From contig DF236956.1 in NCBI GenBank assembly GCA_000708835.1, positions 248,001 through 312,000 on the forward strand: DNA of 64,000 bases, read 5' to 3'. Position numbers and translations under genes: made by a program. Positions 57,501-64,000 of this stretch are shown here, one piece after another; position 1 is the stretch's first letter, and each line of letters opens with the position of its first letter. The notes beneath the pieces are model-generated. The model made no database searches and was not told the DNA's origin. It was given only the letters and a program-made list of their open reading frames with translations. This stretch comes from Klebsormidium nitens. Its lineage: Eukaryota; Plantae; Klebsormidiophyceae.

Positions 57501-60500
57501 TTAAAAATCAGAGTCGGCAATGAAGCAAAGAAAGGAAAGCCAGAACCTGCGCTTGCTCATCGGAAGTTCCGAACTCTTCCAACAGAAAAGGCTTTAAAGA
57601 GTTGCGCGAGCAGGGGACTGAGGACCTGCGCAACAGGACGCGCAAGCCAAAGCCAACCAACAGAGTATTCACCCTGCAACTCCGAAGCCCGCACCTCGAA
57701 ACCTCCTACCCTCTCTCTTTGATTCACTTCTGGATACTGGACATCAGCTTCTTCTTTCCAGGAGGCACCTCTGCTTTCAAAACCTTCGAGAGCCACGGAC
57801 ACAGTACCTCCTCTCGATTCGCCCCAGGTCCGGTACTCAGGGCGTCTTGGACATGGCCTGGGGCCAATGGTTCACTGACACACTCCTCAATCCGAAGATT
57901 GAGGCCACTCGGTTCTCGGCCAGAGCCACTTCTGCAGTGCAAAATTCTCATGACTTATCATTCTTCTCTTGTTTCCGCTTAGGTGCGACCCCCAAGGAGT
58001 GGCCAACATGGCTTGGGGCCTCAGCCGGCTGGCCGGCGCGGGCCTTCTTCCTTCCGACTACCTCGACGAAGTTGCGAAGCAGGCCATCCGGAGACTGCGC
58101 AAAGCACGCCCGCAGCACCTGGCGAACTTGGCGGGCGCATTCGCGAGCCTGAATCATGCGGCGCCGCTGCTGATGGACGGCGTTTTGGTGCATGCATGCG
58201 CGAGGGGGGTTGCGGCGTTCAGGTGGGGAGTGTTTCTACGCAGAGGTTCTGCTTCCCGTGGACCCTCGGTATTTGACAATGTTTCGCGTATACTGCGCCC
58301 GTTTAGAGTCTCTTTCTCTTCTCGGCAATCCTTCTCTTTTAACACTGCGCAGTACTTTTTTGTTTACGGGGTCTCGGACGTTCCTTGAACGCCTTTCCGG
58401 ATCCTGTTGGGAACGCCTACACGTCATACCTCACACTGCGCTTAAACCCCCGTTACACCGTGTCCTTCTGGTAGCCTGAATGTCCGCTCTGCAGCTGCTC
58501 GTTCAGAAGTCCAATCACCCCATCTTCCGTGCTATTTGCACTCTTTGCTGCGTGTGACGGGGCCATGCTGTCATGCCCAGTACCGGTGGGCTGCGCAAGC
58601 CTGACGACATTCTCCTTAGGAACATATATCATTTTTTCGTTCAGGGTCTGAGTCACATCCTCGCCCTCTTTCTCCTTAACAGGCCCCAGGAGGTCGCCCA
58701 GATTGTGTGGTCGTGCGCGGTGCTCAACCACTCACCCACCAAGTTCCTCGACGAGATCGACGCCTGGGTCGCGGAGCAGACCGCCAAGTTCGAGGCTGAG
58801 AAACTAGAGTCGCAGCAAACGACCGGCGCCCTCCGCGGGTCGCTCCCTTGGCGGGAGTACGAGGACGAGCCGTCGTCTACAAATCCTGAAACCCTCGACT
58901 CTAGTTCCAAGTCCTTAGAAACTGGTGAAATCGAGAACGGAAGCGGTAGGGAGGATAAGCCCTCGTTCTTGGAGGCCCGCGCGAGTGTTAGTCAGGGCGC
59001 TTCGGACAGTTCGCAAAGCGAGAAGCTCCGGACGTCCGACGAGACGGTATCCACCTCTAGCGGGAAGTCCGCCCTGCACGCGCTCTCGGCGCAAGTCGAC
59101 GAGTTGGCCGGGAAGGTGAACGAGCTCGCGGCGTCGCTGCGGCCTTCGGACGGCCCGACTTTGGCGTCCGAAAGCGGATCCGGGGCGTTCGATAGCTTAT
59201 CTGGACAGTCCGAAAGCGGATCTGGGGCGTCCGAAAGCGAATCTGGAGCGTCCGAGGCCTCCACGAGCGCGCGCCCGTCCTTTACCCAATTCTTCGGCCT
59301 CGGCGCCGGCAACCCGTTCGCCGAGTACGGGGCCCTCCACGTGGCAAACCTGGCGTGGGCATATGCCGTGCTGGGAGAGACCCGGCGCCCGGCGTTTGCG
59401 CGGATTTGGGAGGAGGTCGAGCGGAAGCGCTCGGTCGCGTTCGATGAGAAGATGATGTCACAGCTGTGGCAGGTGCACTTGACACTGAAGCTGGAGGAGC
59501 AAGACCTGGTAGGGAGGCCCGCCTTTATCTGCGTTCTTGTTCCTCGATTTCAGTTGTAATCCTATCTGGTTATCCCCTTGACACGATTTTGAGACTCTCA
59601 GAGGACGGGTCCGAAGGGCAGGTTTCTTTGAAGCTTTACCTACATCTCCGTCTGAGGACAGTCTTGGAGTGTGGGAATTGTAGAAGCTGGTGCATACCGA
59701 GCGATCCAGCCTTGAACTGCGCATTCTTGACTGATTGTAGGTTTGGGGCAAGGTCACGACTAGTACGCATATTGTTTGTCATGCGAGCGTTCATGTTAAA
59801 AGATTTACTTGCAATGGATAAGAGCGAGACCAGAAGAAACGATGACGAGGATTGAATGCCTATCGACTCCTGTGCATCCAAAGGTGCGGATAAATGGAGA
59901 AATGCAGAACGAGAAAGACATTATAAAGTGAGAGATATGGCCTCGTGCAGAACCTGGATTTGGAGCCAGCGCTGCTGAAGCAGAAGGCGGAGCAGGTGTG
60001 GAACGCGGAGAAGGACGGCGAAAAGACGGTGTCCACCTACCAGGTACGCTCGTTTTGGAGTTGTATCTTGTTACCGATCACCGTTTGCTGACGTTGTTAT
60101 GTACAAGTTCCTACGGGACATTCCGTAGGCACCAACTGAGACAGAAGGGTAGCGATCATAGGTCCCCCATACAAGACCCTTTGTTTTCGAAGCACTTCTT
60201 TGCGGGCACTTTGAAAGGTCTGAAGCTTCCGATCCCGCCGATTGTTTTCCCGTCTATGGTACTCCACTGATTATCATCACCGCTTCTCGTCACTGGTCGT
60301 ATAATGTCACCACATGGATCCAAGGAAGGACTTCTGCCGCTTTATCCCTTACAACTTATAAACCTAACTCTTCACTTTGTCCCCTGTATTCGCTGTCTGG
60401 ACAAATAACGACACATCTTCTGTCGCCTCTTCTAGTTGGAACTGGAGCGCGCTCTGAGCGACATGGGCAAGCAGTTCTCGGCGGAGTACACCGACGCCGA

Positions 60501-61545
60501 GTACTCCATCGACGTGGCCATTCCGGCGGAACGGATTGCGTTCGAGGTCGACGGGCCCAGCCATTTCGCGCGCAACACCGGCACGCCGCTCGGGGCGACG
60601 CTGCTGAAACGGCGCCATCTGGCGGCCAGCGGTTGGACGGTGCTGCCCATCAACTTCAACTACGTGAGTGATGACGTGGGCTTTGCATGGCGGGTCTTGT
60701 CCTTTCCGGGCTGCGGGGGTGAAGGGAGCAGAGGGCGAGCGGAATTGGATAAGAGTTTTCGCGTGCTTGACCTGCTTTTGTCTCGTGGTTGAACGGTGCT
60801 GTCCATTGATGTCAATCATGTGAGTCTTACAGCGAGCCTTGAAGGAACCCGCGACTGCCCTTTTTTTCCGGCCTTGCGCCCCACGACTGAAGGAGATCAG
60901 AACGAGCGGGAAATTGGCCTTAGAGTCCTTCTCGTTTGTGCTATCGCTTCTCTTTCCTGTCTAGATGACGAGGTGGCTGTTGCTGCGCATCAAGTCAACC
61001 AGGTTTTTCAAACTGCTGTCGTTGGTTGTGTGCGTCCTTTCTGCGTTCTTGACATTGCCGCGGGCTGAGTAATGAAGCAAAGCATGGTTTCTTATGTTTG
61101 CTTTTCCGTCTGTTTACCATTGAACCGTGTGCGCTCATGAAGCTTCCTCAGTGGGTTTCAGAGGCACGTTAATTCGAGAGCCTCCTCTCATACTCTTTAG
61201 TCGGGCGCTATTCTGATACGGGGTTCTGGTTTTCTCACCAGATTGATCTCGAGCCGCGTCCGGTGCTCGTTGCATTACGGTATTTCTGATGTCGATCCGC
61301 TCTTTAGCCAATGTTGCCGATGACAGGGTGCTTCAAAGTGATCGACATGAAACCAGCTCGACGGCCAGTTGTATTCTCGAATTGACTCTTTTGATTTCCA
61401 CATCTTCAATTTGTGACACGCCTCTTTATCTGCGTTGCAGTGGGACACTTTAAAGGGGGAGAAGGAGCAGCAAGGTTACCTCAAGCAACTGCTGCGAACC
61501 GCAAAGGACAAGGAACGGGCGAACGACTTTGTTGTCAAGCGGTGA
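54590..61545 (+). CDS. RAP-domain, FASTK/OPR-like helical-repeat RNA-binding protein, probably organelle-targeted (9 exons, ~940 aa)
   Basis: Exons 54590-55324, 56016-56126, 56492-56734, 57223-57467, 57983-58222, 58683-59508, 59951-60043, 60436-60663 and 61441-61545, all GT-AG and phase-compatible. Repeats PQGVANMAW, PQHLANLA and PQEVAQIVW. RAP domain: EVDGPSHF...LKRRHL...GW.V..I..Y|WDTL. The N-terminus is Ser/Arg/Ala-rich and transit-peptide-like. Confidence 0.88.
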
Positions 61546-64000
61546 TCACCGGGCTTCGCAGGTTCCCTCTCGTGTTGTTAAAGTTGTCCTCAGGAAGTTC
61601 GTCGCAGGAACGACCGTTGTGGAAATCATACATGATGTTGCTAAGCATATGAAAGTTGGTGCGGTTCTCGATTCAGGGTGTGCTTTGCAGTCTTCCTTTG
61701 CAGAGCATCACGTAGCCGTTTGAGCATACTGCCCCGATACTGCCATCGTGATATTCTATGGGTGGCAAACTACAAGCACCGTGTCATGTTCTATGCATAC
61801 GGCTTCTGGACAAAGTACCTCTCAGAGGCCGGAATGATTGGCGGCGGGTGCCCGACTTGTGCCCAGGATGTAAGCCAAGGGTGAACTACAGCTAGCCTGC
61901 ACCCGATATATAGGCATATTTTAGTAAAATGCACTGTGACATATGCACGTGCATGTGCAAGCTTGCTTGCGGTCGCTTTATTTTGAGCCTGTTAGTAGAT
62001 GATGCCGTAATAGTTTTGCTTTACCGCGCGGATGTCATGCATTTGATTCAACGAAGCAGGACAATTGCAGCGCGTCCTTGCGCTCGATCGAATTGCGGAT
62101 CAAACTGGATTGATTGGACCCGGCCCCCTTGACTTCACTGGAGGGAGATAATGCGCTACTAGCGAGCCGCCTGCAGCTGTGGAAGCATGCATTGATTTTC
62201 AGCTAGTGTATACAGTAATTGCAACAAGCTAGCGGACTCGTGATCTGCGCAAGGCAGGCATGCCACATATAGAACATCAACGCTTTAAAGCGTACGTAAA
62301 CAATTGTCACTTGCCCGCACGGCACCATGATCGGGCCTCTCGAGGTGGTGGCCCCAAGCTTGCTTTGGACTGCACGGACTGCAGTCGGACTAGACGCGTC
62401 CTTGTCCACTAAGATCACGTAATTTGAGATGCTTTGCTGAAGGTTTGCTCTCACTTTTGAACATGGAAAGATTGTCAAGCTTCGGGTAGTCAAGTCTAGA
62501 TATGCATCCTGCAAAGACTACCAACGTGACGCCCAGTCAAAACATTTCGGAAGACAGACTTGACCGGTCGAAGCGCGGCTTCAACTAGTGCTTTGACCCA
62601 AACGACCGTAACAACATCAGCTGTCTTCTACGGGCAACCGCATTCAGCGTATTGCCTAAAAAGGTAAGATTGGCATCTTCTATACGTGCAAAAGCAGCTA
62701 TAGCCGTGTTAACTTAGTGTTTTTTGAGCAGCCTCTGAGCTTCACAAAGGAAGCGGCTTAGATGCGGCCCACCGATTCCAAATAGCCCCTCCTTTAAAGG
62801 TTTTTTTCAGAAAGACAGATGAGACGAGAATCTTCAGATGCTCAAAAGCCAGCTGTAGATACGATAATGCTGTCAAACCAGAGTACACAGGATGCGTGAA
62901 TTGTCGGAGCCACCATAGGATGCTTGCATTCGAGTCGAAGTAATATTTGACATGCTACACTCCAGCTCTCCGGTATTTCCGAAGCCTGCTTAGACAATTG
63001 ACCTAAGCTAAGTCACTATTGGGTCAACGCTTTGCTGCTTTAGCCGCATAGTGCCTTTACTCACTCTCGTCGGAGGATCTTGGCGGCTTCAGTTAGCCGT
63101 TACCTCATGCTGGAGAATGTGTTTGCTTGATTCCGATCTCCAGTCTCCGCAGCGCCTCAAGCCTCTTCTCCGTTCTCGAACGCGTCCTGGCTGCAACCAC
63201 ATTGAGAGAAGATGCAACCCCTTTTGACATTCTCAGACTGTGTGTCCATCAAATTGGCCAGCTTCATTGTGCCTTGAGTCAATGGTGCAGCCAATGATGC
63301 AACGACACAATTTATTATCACGAGATTGGCCGGGAGTATTCTTCTGGTTCTGTCTCTGCTACATGTCCCTCTATGAAAGTTCTTCTTTCAAAGCAGGATA
63401 CTCAAGCTCAAGAGCACCCACAGGGACAGCGAAGTGCGTTAAGAGCCACTTGGAAAAGGAGTAGAAAGCTTTCTCGAAGTCATTTTACAGCGAGTGCCTT
63501 GCCTCTTACCTGATTACAAGACCTTCACTAATGACAAGTCGACATCGGGGTCGACCTGAGGAAGAGCAAGAGCAGCATCGATTTTGACGGGGCTTCAATC
63601 AGCGGTCTTAAGCCTGAAGGCATTATGCGGAGTCAATGGCTAGATGCTCTACTTAAACACCGCACTGCCATAGTCACGGATTCTTCCAGAAGCAGCCCAG
63701 AGAAATTTTTCGCATGCCACGTCAGTAAACTGCAGAACTTTGAACGATGGCTTCTACCGTTGGTAGCTTTTTACAAGATGTTGGGTGAAGATTGGAATGC
63801 AGACTGCGCAAACAGAAGACTTATCGAAGCATCCCCTTCACAAATCTCACCGGCTTCCATTAATCAACCACTTCTATGCCTTGTTCGCAAGATCCGCAAT
63901 GGTCGCGCAGACCCTGCGTGCAAGGTCGCGTGCTACCTCCATGTCTAAAGCTTAGCTCAGGTCGAGCTGATTCCCTCTTGGCGCTCCTGATCAAGTGTTC

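Noticed and set aside
61678-64000. Short ORFs at 61678-61884, 62203-62514 and 63625-63948, and likewise in 38.9-40.9 kb and 45.1-46.4 kb
   Set aside because: They have no recognisable motifs or consistent exon chains, so they were left unannotated.

Overview
Eukaryotic, intron-rich nuclear DNA with GT-AG introns. Plant-type gene families and interstitial TTTTAGGG repeats suggest a streptophyte green alga such as Klebsormidium; this is an inference and was not database-checked. The right half (32-62 kb) is ordinary housekeeping sequence, where I reconstructed exon chains by hand: mitochondrial ribosomal protein mS34 (-), a BET/GTE bromodomain-ET protein (+), a FYRN/FYRC-domain protein (+, 5' end unresolved), WDR46/UTP7 (-, 11 exons) and a RAP-domain helical-repeat protein (+, 9 exons). 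A GST-like gene (-) runs off the left edge. The interval ~3.4-31.7 kb is an accessory island whose only clear gene is a hypervariable LRR receptor-like gene. Directly behind its stop codon lies a decayed fragment of an RLK kinase C-lobe. The most unusual signals are: (1) a highly diverged ~170-bp tandem array (~40 units, 5.35-13.35 kb) whose conserved positions are three dyads, one with covarying base pairs and two interleaved in pseudoknot topology, plus a second subfamily of the same core at 24-29.6 kb; (2) decayed copies of exons in adjacent introns at ~153-169 bp offsets, one copy differing almost only at synonymous sites. All functional interpretations are hypotheses, since no alignment, folding or database search could be run.
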